Origin: Octopus sinensis
Lineage: Eukaryota
Assembly (NCBI RefSeq): GCF_006345805.1
Contig: NC_043004.1
Span: 2,852,001-2,916,000, forward strand
DNA length: 64,000 nt
Reading direction: 5' to 3'
Both the position numbers and the translations under genes were made by a program. Shown here piece by piece: positions 12,894 to 27,744 of the stretch (position 1 is the stretch's first letter; each line of letters starts with the position of its first letter). The notes beneath the pieces were generated by a model. The model worked only from the letters and a program-made list of their open reading frames with translations. It ran no database searches and was not told the origin of the DNA.

Positions 12894-13109
12894 TATATAT
12901 ATATATATATATATAACCAGGATCAGATGTAACTATGCCAACCATATAACAATATTCTTCTTTCGAACCTGCTGGCGATTTGTTCGATGCACTCAGGTTA
13001 CCTCCTATATTTCCTTTGTCATTGCTATAACAATAACAAAGTATTCTGTGCTTATCTGTGCAGTTCACATATGACTACTCTGTTATCCGTCATTGCTAGC
13101 GAGACAGAC

Positions 13110-13338
13110 TCTTTACTCTCTCTTTTACTCTTTTACTTGTTTCAGTCATTTGACTGCGGCCATGCTGGAGCACCGCTTTTAGTCAAGCAAATCGACCCCG
13201 GGACTTATTCTTTGTAAGCCCAGTACTTATTCTATCGGTCTCTTTTGCCGAACCGCTAAGTGACGGGGACGTAAACACACCAGCATCGGTTGTCAAGCAA
13301 TGCTAGGGGGACAAACACAGACACACAAACACACACAT

Positions 13339-13379
<41 letters not shown>

Positions 13380-13541
13380 TACGACAGGCTTCTTTCAGTT
13401 TCTGTCTACCAAATCCACTCACAAGGCATTGGTCGGCCCGGGGCTACAGCAGAAAACAATTGCCCAAGATGCCACGCAGTGGGACTGAACCCGGAACCAT
13501 GTGGTTGGTTAGCAAGCTACTTACCACGCAGCCACTCCTGC
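13110..13541 (-). mobile_element. SINE family A, full length (best-preserved copy)
   Basis: A-box and B-box head, internal (TA)n(TG)n, tail (GTAAAAGA)n. Confidence 0.92.
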
Positions 13542-16189
13542 GACTATCCATGATTTAGTTACAAAATGCCAAAACCCAACCTGTACTAGAAACACTGTAA
13601 CTTTCTACATTCATACCATTCATGGTTTCATGATTTCGTACGTTGGACACTTCTTTTCGTTGGCTCGTTCCATATTTCCACGTCACAGTCATATCTACAA
13701 TCAGGACTATTTTGTCGATTCAGATTGTCCTAGAAAATTGGGACCTTAATTTGTTACGAGAATGTTTAGTTTGCGATCATGATTGTCCTCAATAAATTCC
13801 CCGCCTTCTACTAGTTTTTGAGACTATTCAGAAGTCATGGATAGCTCAAACTGTTTTAATATACGATCAATAACGTTCAGAGTTTGGTCATGCTACCCAG
13901 AATATTTTGCAACTATTCGGAGCTTTCTCAGTTACCACAGAGAGCGTTGTCACAGCTGTGCTGTTTCTTATGATTAGATTGGGATAGGGGCACAAAGCCC
14001 GTTTGTCTCAAGAATATTTCGAAACCACGCCACCACTATTCATCTCATTAGCTTCTTTTGGGATTCCCTTTGCTCGATTGTCTCCCTTAGCCATTGGCGT
14101 CATGATTCCACTGCTTTTAAGATATTCACTTTCACTTCAGTTCAGAAAATCTCTCTTGCCATGATACCGCAACTGTGCATGTCAAATTGGCCTTTCACTT
14201 TCATTAAACACCCCGACGAGTGATGTTCAAGATAACTGTAGATTTTCGATAAATATTTTATTCTCGGAAAACATGGCGGGAGACTAAGACATTCTCGAAG
14301 GAAATCGATACTGCTCCAGTTATTGGTTGAGGAGATCATAATTTAAAATCTCTCTCAAATAGCATTTGGCAATTACAGTTGACTTGTTCCCCATCTCAAC
14401 ATTCCTTTTTGTTATCATATAAGGCTACAACATAGATAGTGCCAACACACCAACTAGCTAGATCCCTGGTCGCTGGGATCTATTCTGACCCAAATTCAAA
14501 GTAAAATTCTTTAATATGCAACTATATTATGGACAGACAATGATTAGTCTCGAGTTTCGTATGGGGTGGATATTGATAAAATAGTCCATCTGGTTCGGTT
14601 GAAGGCTTTCTTTTTTTCATCTCGGTTCTGCTTGTGTTTTTGCGATAGTAGTGACGCCATCAAATAAAATTCGTAGATGTCGAAATCCAAGCTGTATATT
14701 ACAATAAAGTACCAGTAAAGTACTGGAGTCGATTCAATATTATTATAAGGCAGTATGCTACTTGTGAATGGTTTTATTGTAGTGTAGTTTTTCAATTTTG
14801 ATATTTATAATAAGATTGTGGAGAACTATGAGTAACAGAATAGTTTATATTTTAATAGAAGTGCGTGTGTGTACGGGGCCGGTCGTCTGTCTACATACAA
14901 CGGGGACATAAACACACAGTCAGAAACACACAAACAAACACGCAAACACACACACACACACACATATACGCGTAGGGCATATACACCTTTTATTGTTAAC
15001 AATGTATACATTCAACAAAAGAAGTGGGTGTTTGAAGCCACGTGTGTTTATATCCGTGGCAAATATATCCTGGTGATTCCCTCCATAAACACCACGATTT
15101 GTAATTGTGTGCTATAAAATATAATAAAGAAGTTTCTTTTTTTCATATCCTGTTAGATTATTGGAAACACAACATTGCCAGCTAGAAATGGCACTTGTCC
15201 CAAACGGTGAATACACATATGTATAATTGTTCAATAAATTAATTATAATTAGAATCAATAAACGTACATTATAAAATAAAAAAGAAGACACACCCAATAA
15301 TGTAACACCTCACCCGTCGATTTATACAAAGAAAGAACCTCTTTGTATTCTTCAAGCAGAAGAGAAAAAAGCATTTTTAAAACGGGTAAAAAGTTAAGTA
15401 ATATAGTCTTAGACACATTACGTACGACAATCATTTTGGATGGCCATGGCCTGGGTGCTCAATAAGGTTTCTCCAGTGACTAAACTACATCGACACTAGC
15501 TTCTCTGTGCATTTAGGTATTTCTTGTTTGTAAATATTAATATATGTATTTTTCTGGCTTCAATTTCCTTCGCTTGAAGATTTGTATACAAGATTCCAAA
15601 GACTTTACAAAATATTAAAGGGAACAGAAAACAGAGCCACTATTGACCACGCGTCTTGCTAGAAATGGCAGTCCGAACTTTCTTCAGAGCATACACAAAT
15701 TTATTAAATAATGGATGACATATTAAGGTAATGAATTCTGTACACACTGAGAAAAAGAAACAAAAACACAATTATTATTGCTGGAATGCCACTGGTCATA
15801 GGTCTGCTGGATCCAGATTGACTCAGGGCTAAACTACAACTATAGCAACAACAGTAACAACAACAGACCTGGATGTATTGTCTATGGCCTGTAAAAATGC
15901 TGTTTTCACATTTGTTGATTAGAGCTGAAAGTACGGTTCAAAACTAATTGTTTACCGTGAGAAACAGAATAGATTCTATTTTGGGTTGCATTTAACTGTC
16001 GTCAGAGACTGATGCTTATTGTTGGTACCAAATGGATTAAATGAATGTAGAGAGCAAAAACGAAAGCAGAGAGAGAAAATAGTGAAGAATAAGAAAATAG
16101 AAAAGCAGAAATAATGATCTTCAAACTGACTTTCCCTGTCTTGGTCTTTCACCCTTTCATCACTCGTTTTTTTTTTTTCGTTTTCCAAC

Positions 16190-16620
16190 ACATATTACCT
16201 CATATTTCCTCCACCGAATATTGCCCATTATTTCCTCCACCACATATTACCTCATATTTCTTCCACCGCATATTACCTCATATTTCCTCCACTGCATATT
16301 ACCCATTATTTCCTCCACCGCATATTACCTCATATTTCGTATTATTTCATCCACTACATATTACCTCATATTTCCTCCACCGTATATTACCTCATATTTC
16401 CTCCACTGCATATTACCTCATATTTCCTCCACCGCATATTACCTATTATTTCATCCACTACATATTACCTCATATTTCCTCCACTGCATATTACCTCATA
16501 TTACCTCATATTTCCTCCACCGCATATTACCACATATTTCCGCCACCGCATATTACCTGCTTCCTCCACCACATATTACGTCATATATCCTCCACCACAT
16601 ATTACCTCATGCTTCCTACA
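16190..16620. repeat. ~26-bp minisatellite (CATATTACCTCATATTTCCTCCACCG)n
   Basis: Roughly 15 degenerate units read directly; explains ORFs 16114 and 16221. Confidence 0.92.
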
Positions 16621-17147
16621 CAATAACTGCTACTGAGTGAGAAATTGATGACGAACACATCTCAGGAATTCGTTTATTTTCGAATACATGCTAGAGTGGT
16701 GCGAACATAATTAATATAGTATGACATATGGTAGTCCTTATTATCGTAGACTTGGGCTGAAAGAAGACCTAAAAATAATATTCCAGCGACTATTATAGAG
16801 AAATCGTTAAAAGCAGTAGTGAAACAAGGCGTAGTAAATTTGGAATATCATCCACTATATTTCCTGACGAAGAGAATTCAGTTTAATTTCAAGGTTCTTC
16901 GGTTTGGAACGTATCAGATATTAAATTGATCAGAACAAATGTTATAGTTAGCTCTTAATCAAATGGTCGAGAGTCAAACCAACGAAGGAGACGGTAAACC
17001 CGCTAGAAATAGCAATAAATATTTCCTCAAATCCCACCCTGCCATCTTAAAACAGAAGGAGGACATGTCTTGTAACGTTGTCCTGACTAAGGAATAAAAT
17101 GCGGGCTTGTGACGAACCTAAAGAGATTTTATAAATGTTGTATAATA

Positions 17148-17323
17148 GGCGTAAGCGGCGCTGAGGGGTAAGAAACTTGTTTCTCAACCACATGGTTTCT
17201 GCTTCAGTTCCGCCACGGGGCACCTTGGGCTAGTGTCTTCCACTATAGCTTCAGGCTATAGCGATCAAAATCTTGTGAGTCGATAGATTTGGCAGACGAA
17301 ACTGAAAGAAGCTCATCGTATAT
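17148..17323 (+). mobile_element. SINE family A, 5' half
   Basis: Diverged head through GAAACTGAAAGAAGCTCATCG. Confidence 0.75.
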
Positions 17324-17354
17324 ATGTATATATGCGTACATATATATATATATA

Positions 17355-17390
<36 letters not shown>

Positions 17391-17409
17391 TATATTTATA
17401 TATATCTAA

Positions 17410-17590
17410 TTATTTCTTTATTGCCCACAGGGGGCTAAACATAGGGGGGGGGGTCAAACAAGGAAAGACAAAGGGATTAAGCTGATTACAGCGACAACAG
17501 TGCGTAACTGGTACTTATTTAATCGATCCCGAAAGTATGAAGTCAACCTTGGCGGAATGTGAACTCAGAACGGTAACGGCAGACGAAATA
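17410..17590 (-). mobile_element. SINE family B (tail B1), 5'-truncated
   Basis: Tail ...TTTAGCCCCCTGTGGGCAATAAAGAAAT shared with the 35121 and 58195 copies. Confidence 0.8.
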
Positions 17591-17780
17591 TGCATATGTA
17601 TGTTTAAGTATGTGTGTGTGAGTATGTATATGTGTGTATGTGTGTATGCATGTATGTATGTATATACATATGTATTTATATACATATATTTACGCACAAA
17701 TACATATATATATATATGCATACATACCTATGTACATACACACAAATACATATGTATGTATGCATGTATGCATGTGTATA

Positions 17781-17853
<73 letters not shown>

Positions 17854-17869
17854 AATATATATACATATT

Positions 17870-18252
17870 GGAAGCACTCCGTCGGTTACGACGACGAGGG
17901 TTCCGGTTGATCCGAATCAACGGAACAGCCCCTGCTCGTGAAATTAACGTGTAAGTGGCTGAGCACTCCACAGACACGTGCACCCTTAACGTAGTTCTCG
18001 GGGATATTCAGCGTGACACAGAGAGTGACAAGGCCGGCCCTTTGAAATACGGTACAACAGACAGGAAGTAAGAGTGAGAGAAAGTTGTGATGAAAGAGTA
18101 CAGCAGGGATCACCACCATCCCCTGCCGGAGCCTCGTGGAGCTTTAGGTGTTTTCGCTCAATAAATACTCACAACGCCCGGTCTGGGAATCGAAACCGCG
18201 ATCCTATGACCGCGAGTCCGCTGCCCTAACCACTAGGCCATTGCGCCTCCAC
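17870..18252 (-). mobile_element. SINE family C (body 1 + tail X)
   Basis: Head GTGGAGGCGCAATGGCCTAGTGGTTAGGG...GGTTTCGATTCCC; tail GAGAACTACGTTAAG...CCCTCGTCGTCGTAACCGACGGAGTGC. Confidence 0.88.
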
Positions 18253-18258
18253 ATATAC

Positions 18259-19517
<1,259 letters not shown>

Positions 19518-19667
19518 TATATATATATAATATATTTACGCACATGTAAATACGTAAATACATTGAAACATATATGTTTATGATTGTGTGAGTGCGTGTA
19601 CATACATATGTGTGCGTGTACACAGAACATACGGAATATAAATAGGGCAAAAAAAGAAAGCCGGAGG

Positions 19668-19713
<46 letters not shown>

Positions 19714-20410
19714 CAGTGAAAGACAGATAGACAGACAGACAAAGAAGGGAGTTACTCTTCATTTTCACCAGCGGCAATTATCATGGTTGGCATTGGAACA
19801 AACGTGTGTATTTATAGCTAGAATCAAATCGTTGCTATTCTGTCTTTGACGATAATTAAGACTCCTTAAAACCAGGCTTAATATCCTAATACTTGCCATA
19901 GTTATGGTGCGATGAACGCTGGTTTGAATTCGCAATCGCACAGCGAATTTCACAGCAGATTACAAGTAAATTGTAAAATGTGGTAAATAGCATTCTCGTG
20001 TGGAAATATGTAATTGGTTCTGATAAGTTTGAGCATTATAAGTATCACATGACATACATACATACATACGCACATACATACACACATGCATACACATACA
20101 TATATATTCATGTATGTATATATATATATATGTGTGTGTGTGTGTAAAAACATATGTATATATACATACATATATATATATGTGTGTAAATATATATGTA
20201 TATATACATACATATATATATATGTGTGTGTATGTATGTATGTATTTCGAGCGAGTTAGAGGTTGTGAATCCAACCAACTAAAGGATAATATCTATCCAG
20301 TATACTGCTCGTAGAATACCTAATTAATACACAAGTGTTTTTTCATTGCATGGCAATTACACTACTGAATGTAATAAATGGATGAGGGTAAAAAGTTGTT
20401 TTACCCATAA

Positions 20411-21100
20411 TTTATACGGCAGTAAGAAAATGGAGGGGATCATGAGGTGGTATTCATCAACTTATAGACATTATATTATGTCAATTTATTTATTTACTAA
20501 AAGAACAATTATAACAATATACATACATGTATAACATATTATACTTTACATATATAATATATAAAATATAAAAATACCAGTAATTATTAAAATATATAAC
20601 GTAGAACATAAAAAGTAGCATAGTTTCTTACAGCCGTTTCAGCCAAGAGGTCATAGTACCCCACTTTACTTCCATTCCTTCAGTGAACTGAAGTATCTGA
20701 TTAAGGTACTTTGGTGTACCCCTGGGCTTCGTCAGAGTTTAAAAATTTCATAACTTAACCTTATGAACTTTAAGCCAAGAGACACACCCAAGTACCTTAA
20801 TCTTATCTACCAAATACTTCAGTTCACTGTAGGGGTGGAAGTAAAGTGGGGTACTATGACCTCTTGGCTGAAACAGCTGTAAGAAACTATGCTACTTTCT
20901 ATGTTCTACGTTATATATTTTAATAATTACTGGTATTTTTATATTTTATATATTATATATGTAAAGCATAATATGTTATACATGTATGTATATTGTTATA
21001 ATTGTTCTTTTAGTAAATAAATAAATAGACATAATATAATGTCTAAAAGTTGATGAGTACCACCTCTTGATCACCTCCATTTTCTTATTGCTATATATAA
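20411..21100. repeat. ~690-bp diverged palindrome with 7-nt loop (20754-60)
   Basis: Arms align base by base with indels; both arms carry hammerhead parts facing outward. Confidence 0.85.
20622..20740 (-). ncRNA. type-I hammerhead motif with long stem II and weak stem I
   Basis: CT CTGACGA AGCC...GGCT GAAA CGGCTG TA AG. Confidence 0.55.
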
Positions 21101-21536
21101 ATAAATATATATGTATATTTATATATTTGGAGCGTTTTGGAAATTCCTTGATACTGTTATATTTGGAGAGAAGAGTTTTTCTCAAAGAGTTAAGACTGAG
21201 AAAAAAACCTTTTTAGAAAGTCGAAAGACGCTAACCTTTGCGAAGAGACTTCACAAAATGTGTGTGGCATTTGCTTTTACGTTTCAAAGATCAGTGTTGT
21301 TATTCACTCAATATATTTCAAAGCATCGGAATACTTCACAACATACGTAAGAGCACTCATATAAACAAGATATGATATTAAACTATGTAAATATATAAAT
21401 GTACTTGCGAAGTTGTATGTCCGTGATAAAATCAATGAGGATATTAAAATACACAGATGGTGAATGTATAGAGGTAATCCAAATAGATGAGAATGATGGT
21501 ATAAAAGGATTTTAAGAAGAATCTTCAGAAGGTAAA

Positions 21537-21626
21537 AAGTCTGACGGCCGTTTCGAGGGAATATAAGTTGGAATTGGCAAGTTAATTCCAACCATAACAA
21601 TCATCTACAGTTTTCTCATCAGAGTT
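21537..21626 (-). ncRNA. type-I hammerhead motif
   Basis: CT CTGATGA GA...(TTGGAATT/AATTCCAA hairpin)...TC GAAA CGGCCG TC AG; perfect palindrome ACGGCCGT; stems I and II eroded. Confidence 0.6.
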
Positions 21627-21683
21627 AATTTAAAGGGATTTATAAAAGAGTTACTTAAATCTTAATGTTTTAAGCAACATGAG

Positions 21684-21734
<51 letters not shown>

Positions 21735-21736
<2 letters not shown>

Positions 21737-21924
21737 CGCAGGCATGGCTGTGCGGTAAGAAGCTTGCTTATCAACCACATTGGTCTAGGTTCAGTCCCAC
21801 TGTGTGGCACCTTGGGCAAGTGTCTTCTACTATAACCTCGGGCCGACCAAAGCCTTGTGAGTGGATTTGGTAGACGGAAACTGAAATAAGCTCATCGTAT
21901 ATATATATATGTATATATATGTAC

Positions 21925-21990
<66 letters not shown>

Positions 21991-22075
21991 TTGTGTTCCT
22001 GGGGTCGAGTTGTTCGACTAAAGGTGGTGCTCCAGCATGGCCGCAGTCAAAAAGAACAAAAGAATATATATACAT
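21735..22075 (+). mobile_element. SINE family A, internal deletion in 3' half
   Basis: Head, microsatellite and terminal segment GGTGCTCCAGCATGGCCGCAGTC. Confidence 0.85.
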
Positions 22076-22395
22076 ATATAAGTGAATTTTTATGAGATAG
22101 CTTCCTTTTATAGGGATGTCAACATCCTAGCGTCTGCTGTTTTTATCGTATATATCGATGAAATTTCTGGAATCCTGCTTTCTGTGGTAGAATTCTGTGT
22201 TTATTATTTATTAGGCACCAGTATTGTACACATTTTGGAGCTCCAGTTGGCGATATTAGGATGTAAAAACCAAGAAATCTCAATTTTCGCCCTGAAGAAA
22301 TATCTACCTTCGTTACTTCATAATGCAATTTTAATTTGAATTTGAATGAAGATTGATATGGAAACGAGAAACTCTCTATTTTCTTTATGATATGT

Positions 22396-22550
22396 GAACA
22401 AATCGATCCCAAGACTTATGCATTGTAACCTAGTACTCAATCTATCGCTCTCTTTTGCTGAGCTGCTAAGTTACGGGGACGTAAACACACCAACATCAGT
22501 TGTCAAGCGATGATGGGGGAGAGGACAAACACAGACACAAACATACATAT

Positions 22551-22613
<63 letters not shown>

Positions 22614-22740
22614 GACGGGCTTCTTTCAGTTTCCGTCTACCAAATCCACTCACAAGGCCTTGTTCGGTCCAGCGCAACAGTAGAAGACATCTGCCCAAGT
22701 GGCTATGCTAGCTTCTTATTCCACAGCCACACTTGCGCCT
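22396..22740 (-). mobile_element. SINE family A, partially deleted
   Basis: Both halves recognisable around a (TA)n run. Confidence 0.85.
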
Positions 22741-22835
22741 TCATGTGTATATAGATAGATAAATAAATAGACAGGCAGAGAGACAGAGTAAGCCAGACGG
22801 GTAGACTGATAGAAATGTAAATAGATAGAGAGAGA

Positions 22836-22872
<37 letters not shown>

Positions 22873-24025
22873 CAGATAAAGATAAATATATACATACATG
22901 ATGGATCTCACTGGAAATTGATGTAACTGTAGGTTCTGTACATAGTGTCTATTCTTAGTTTTAGCATGATTTATATTCTTTTTCCACAAATGACAGACAA
23001 CGTTTTCGCTATTTCTGAATTCCGTTCCTTTCCTTTAATTTTGGCGTTATTGTAGATACTACTGAGTTTCCCTGTGTTGCTCAATTCGCAGCACTTTTAA
23101 TCCTTTCTTAATTGTTCCTGTATTGTTGCATTGGACGACAATGCCCGTGTTTCCATACAGCTGTAGCTCAACATTGCGTTCTTTCGGTGGAACATCTTGA
23201 ATGCTGTTTAGCAAATGTTTTTCGATTAGAGAAAGGAAATCCTAAAACTGTTGATAATGTACGGAATGTATATGAAATAACTTTTTCCTCTGATGTTCTA
23301 CCTTTTTTGTTGTCTATTTTTCAATGTAAGAAGTTAATATCATTCTTGCCAAAGCTTAACAGTGAAGAGCAAGTGGTAAACTCGTGACAATCTAAGACCA
23401 AAAACACTCGTTCCTTTGAAGTCTTTCCGCCTTGCTTATAACGTAACTAATGCCATTGAGAAGGACATGCACATCACCGTACCCATTATATTGTCCCACT
23501 TAACACTCGTAAACCTACATATAAAAGCACAAACATAATCTGATATTATAGAACCAGTGATGTTCTGTAATAGCAACGTTTTGATATAAGCTGTGAGGAT
23601 ATTTGTATTTTTATTTAATTCCTTGGCAGAAGATAAAGGTAATCCATTGAAGGGTGATGAAATTTGGGGTTATGTTGGTCTGTATATGTGTGTTGTATGT
23701 GCATGTGTGTGTGTGTGTGTATGTTAATGCAGTTTATGTGTTTCTATGGGTGGGCCGTTGTGACTGCGGATGATTTAGGCATGCACTGCGTATGAATATG
23801 TGTCTGAAAGAGATAGGAAGAAAAATACGTAGAAGAAAGAAAGAGAGAGAGAGGGAAAGAGACAGGAGGAGAGAGGGAAAGAGACAGGAGGAGAGAGTGA
23901 AAGAGAAAGCGAAATAGAGAGAGTTATGAATAAAGAAATTGTGTAAGAGAAATGCAAGAGGTGGAAAGAGTAAGGTGGAAGTCGAAATAAGTGAATGAGT
24001 GAAAACTTGTGAGAATAAGATGGAG

Positions 24026-24079
<54 letters not shown>

Positions 24080-24898
24080 ACTAAGAAAGAAAAGGGGAGA
24101 GAGAAAGAAGAGGAGAGAGAGAAAGCTAGAGACTTGCAACATATTTGATAGCCTTCAGGGTCTTAACAGTTGGATTACTTCCTAACTGGTTTTGACATTT
24201 GACTCTCAAGCGCACACAAATATATTTTGCTTTCTTTTTGCTACTATTGTTATTGTTGATCTTTTCCAAGTATTTCCTGTTGACAAAACCCAGCACACTC
24301 TATCAGGTCTCATCTGACTGACAAGCTATCATTTGTGTTCTTGGTGATGGACTTTAAAAGATTGACGCATGTCTTTTTGTATTTTTTCTGAAAAGCGTGC
24401 CGTAAAATAATACTACTACTATTCTGACTACCACAACTACAACAACAAAAACAACAACAAGTAATGTTACTAGCACGAATTATCATAACAGGAACACTTG
24501 TGAAAAGGAGACAAAGTATAGCATGCAAACAAACAAAAATATATATATATATTTCTGCTGTTCCTAGTGGCTACACAGATATGTTTCTTTTATTCGCTTC
24601 ACGTCATAAAGCCTGCAGTATCCGGCTGTAAATATTTAGACAAACATAAAGAAACATGGCGCTGGGGTAAGCAGAAACGTTGCAGCGTCAGATACCTCGC
24701 AGTGTTCAGTTACATCCGTTTTGTTTCTTGAGTTCAAATTTAGCTGTGAACGACTTCGACTCGCATTCTTTCAACGGCAAAGGAATAAGTAAGAGTCAAG
24801 TTTAGGAGTCAGTTATATCGGCGACTCATCGTCCTCCTGCAAAGCGTTTGACTTTCACTCAAAACTAGAAATTTTTTATTTATCTATTTTTTTAATCA

Positions 24899-25240
24899 TT
24901 TACTTGTTTCAATCATGGGACTGCGATTACGCTGGGGCATGACCTTCAAGAATTTTAGTCGAACGGATCGATCACAGTACTTATTTTCTATCGTTCTCTT
25001 TCACCGAACCGCATAGTTACGGCGACGAAAACACACGAATACCAGTTGTCAAGCGGTGGTGAAGAACAAATTCAGACACAATGGCTAACACATACACATT
25101 CACTCACAAACACACACACAGAGTCACACACAGAGTTACACAGTCAAACACAAACACACACACACACACAAACACATACACACAAACATAACACACACAC
25201 ACAAATACAAGCACACACACGTATATATATGACGGGTTCT
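24899..25240 (-). mobile_element. SINE family A, diverged 3' half
   Basis: TTTACTTGTTTCAATCAT...GTTGTCAAGCGGTGG then CA-rich repeat. Confidence 0.7.
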
Positions 25241-25265
25241 CTATATGTATATATATCTTTCTCTC

Positions 25266-25310
<45 letters not shown>

Positions 25311-25944
25311 GTGTATATATATCAGCAGAGTTAGTGGTTATAGTAACCGACTAAGGGATAAAATATCCGCATTTACTATCAGTATCAGTTACCTGTGCTC
25401 TCCCTGGGGCATGGGTATGCAGGTACACTATGCTTGTAGGGAACAGGTAGCAACAGAATAAACAAAAGTTTATGAGGAATCAAATTAAATAATCAGAAAA
25501 TTAAGAAAACTTTTGATGAACAAATCAATTGGGCCACATGTAGATTATTATTATTTAATACAAAACATGACCTAACATAACATTTATGTGACATAACATA
25601 TATATATATATATATGCGCACTCTACAAACTATCTCTATGCTATCTCCCTCTCTTGATCTTCTTCCTTTCTGTTTTTCTCTCCAACTCTTTCTCTAATTC
25701 TTCTCATCTCCCCGTCACCGTCTCCCCTCTCTCTCAGTCTTCCTCCTTCACTCTCTCGTTGCTCACACGTGACCAACGGCTATCTATCTTTCTTTCTTCC
25801 ACTCCCTCCCTAAAGACAAGACGTGCTTTTGCCTTTCTCGTTTCCCTATTTGTTCACGTTTTTTGACGGCCTGTACCCATATATGCATGTATATACAATA
25901 TATGTAGGCATATACATGTATGTTTGTATATATGCACACTCACC

Positions 25945-25976
<32 letters not shown>

Positions 25977-25999
25977 GATATATATATATATATATATAT

Positions 26000-27130
26000 T
26001 GGTATTGTATTGGCATCCTTTCTGTCTCGGGAGACAATGGAATTGCGCATGTTTTTTTTTGGTTTTTTTGTTTTGTTTTTTGTAGTTTAGTCCGGCTGTT
26101 ATATTTCATGTCCTGATACATTTCCTGCTGTGGCTGTGTAGTCCTATCCTGGACAAACACTCTCTCTGGCAGGTACCGCAAATGTAGCGAAGACTGTTCC
26201 TGGCTGGTTGTAGTGCCATAGTCTCTTGCTTACGTCTCTTCCTTTCTTTCCGTTTCTCCTCTCTCTGTCACTCTTTTGTATTCCCTCTTTTACTGTACGT
26301 CGCCATTTCCACGGTTGGCGGCAACTGCCTCCCAATCGCTAATATTGATGTTGCAGGCCTTCATATACCTTTTGCAAACATCCCTGTAACGTAAGATCGG
26401 TCTACCCACAGACCTAGTACCCCTAGCAAGCTCTCCGTAGAGTATGTCCTTGGGGATTCTGCCATCTTTCATACGGCTAACATGCCCAAGCCATCTCCTA
26501 CGTCTTTGTGTGAGGAGTGCAAACATGCTTGGTATTCCTGCTTACCTGAGGACATCTTTGTTGGGGATATGATTCTGCCATTTGATGCGGAGGATTTTTC
26601 GGAGGCAGCGCAGGTGAAAGATGTTTTGGCGTGTGTATAGCGTCCAGGTCTCGCTTCCATACAGTAGAGTGCTGAGTACACATGCCTGGTAGATCGTCAT
26701 TTTCGTGGTCTTGGTCAGCTTATTGTTGTCCCAAGCCCGTTTGGAGAGTTGGGCCATCGCAGCAGCTGCCTTGCCAATGCGTATATTGAGCTCAGCGTCA
26801 AGGGATAGGTTGTAGGTGACGGTAGAGCCCAGATAGGTAAACTTCTCCACCTCTTGTAATCTGTGGTCTCCAATATGTATGTTTGGGATGTCCGATGTAG
26901 CCTGGCCCATGATGTTGGTCTTCTTAAGGCTGATAGCTAAGTCAAAGTCGTTACATGCTTACTCAAAACAGTTAATGAGCCTTTGGAGGGCTTCTTCTGT
27001 GTGTGTTACCAGAGCGGCATCATCAGCAAATAACATCTCCTTGATCAGGACGTTTCTGATTTTGGTCTTGGCACGCAGGCGCGAGAGATTGAACAGTTTC
27101 CCGTCACTTCTACTGTGCAGAAACACTCCA
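26000..27130 (-). mobile_element. RTE-clade LINE, 5'-truncated pseudo-ORF (RT C-terminal half, zinc finger, 3' UTR)
   Basis: EMLFADDAAL, EKFTYLGS, LLYGSETWT, RWLGHVSRMKDGRIPKDILYGEL; my translation of the end gives CGTCQRECLSRIGLHSHSRKC* (stop 26106-08); 3' end CCATTGTCTCCCGAGACAGAAAGGATGCCA; frameshifted. Confidence 0.9.
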
Positions 27131-27142
27131 TATACATGCATA

Positions 27143-27237
27143 CACGACGGATTCTTTCAGTTTTGTTTCTTTGGTTGGACCGAGGCTATAAGAAGGCACT
27201 TGCCTAAGGTGCCACTTAGTGGGATAGAACCCGGACT
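27143..27237 (-). mobile_element. SINE family A fragment abutting the RTE 5' truncation
   Basis: CCGGGTTCTATCCCACTAAGTGGCACCTTAGGCAAGTG. Confidence 0.7.
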
Positions 27238-27744
27238 ATTTTGATAAGTCCAATGATACTGATTTCAGAAAAACTATAGACGAGTTTCCGCCTGAATATT
27301 ATGTTTAATTATGTTAATTGTTTAATTACGTTATTTTATTCTCTGAGTTTTACAGATTTTTACCGTATTCACCTTCAATTTTTACAGCTTCGCCTTGAAT
27401 CCCTTCGAAATTAGTTGCAATAATTTTCTAGGATCAATTCAAGCAAGTATATCCTTCCACCAAATTTATAGAAAAAATGAAAATTCTACTGTTTTATTAC
27501 ATTTATATTTCTAATTTGTTTCTAAATATTTTCTCTGTTAAATATGCTAACATGTATTTATCTGTTTTCCATCTAGAAGACGTCGCTGAATTATATGATA
27601 CTTCGGCAAATGCAAAGGTAGCTATGCTGATGAGCTCAAAATAAAGCGGAAACAGATCAAGAGTTGTTATCCCACTAATCTTGAATGTAAAAAAAAACCT
27701 ATCATCTTCTAAATATTTTTTATTGAATAAATACATTTAATATA

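Noticed and set aside
13560-14460. Coding-like unique stretch, possible decayed transposase
   Set aside because: Multiple stops in all frames and no recognisable motif
16860-16920. CTGACGA...GGAACGTA hammerhead-like trace
   Set aside because: Stem II and GAAA do not fit; could be chance
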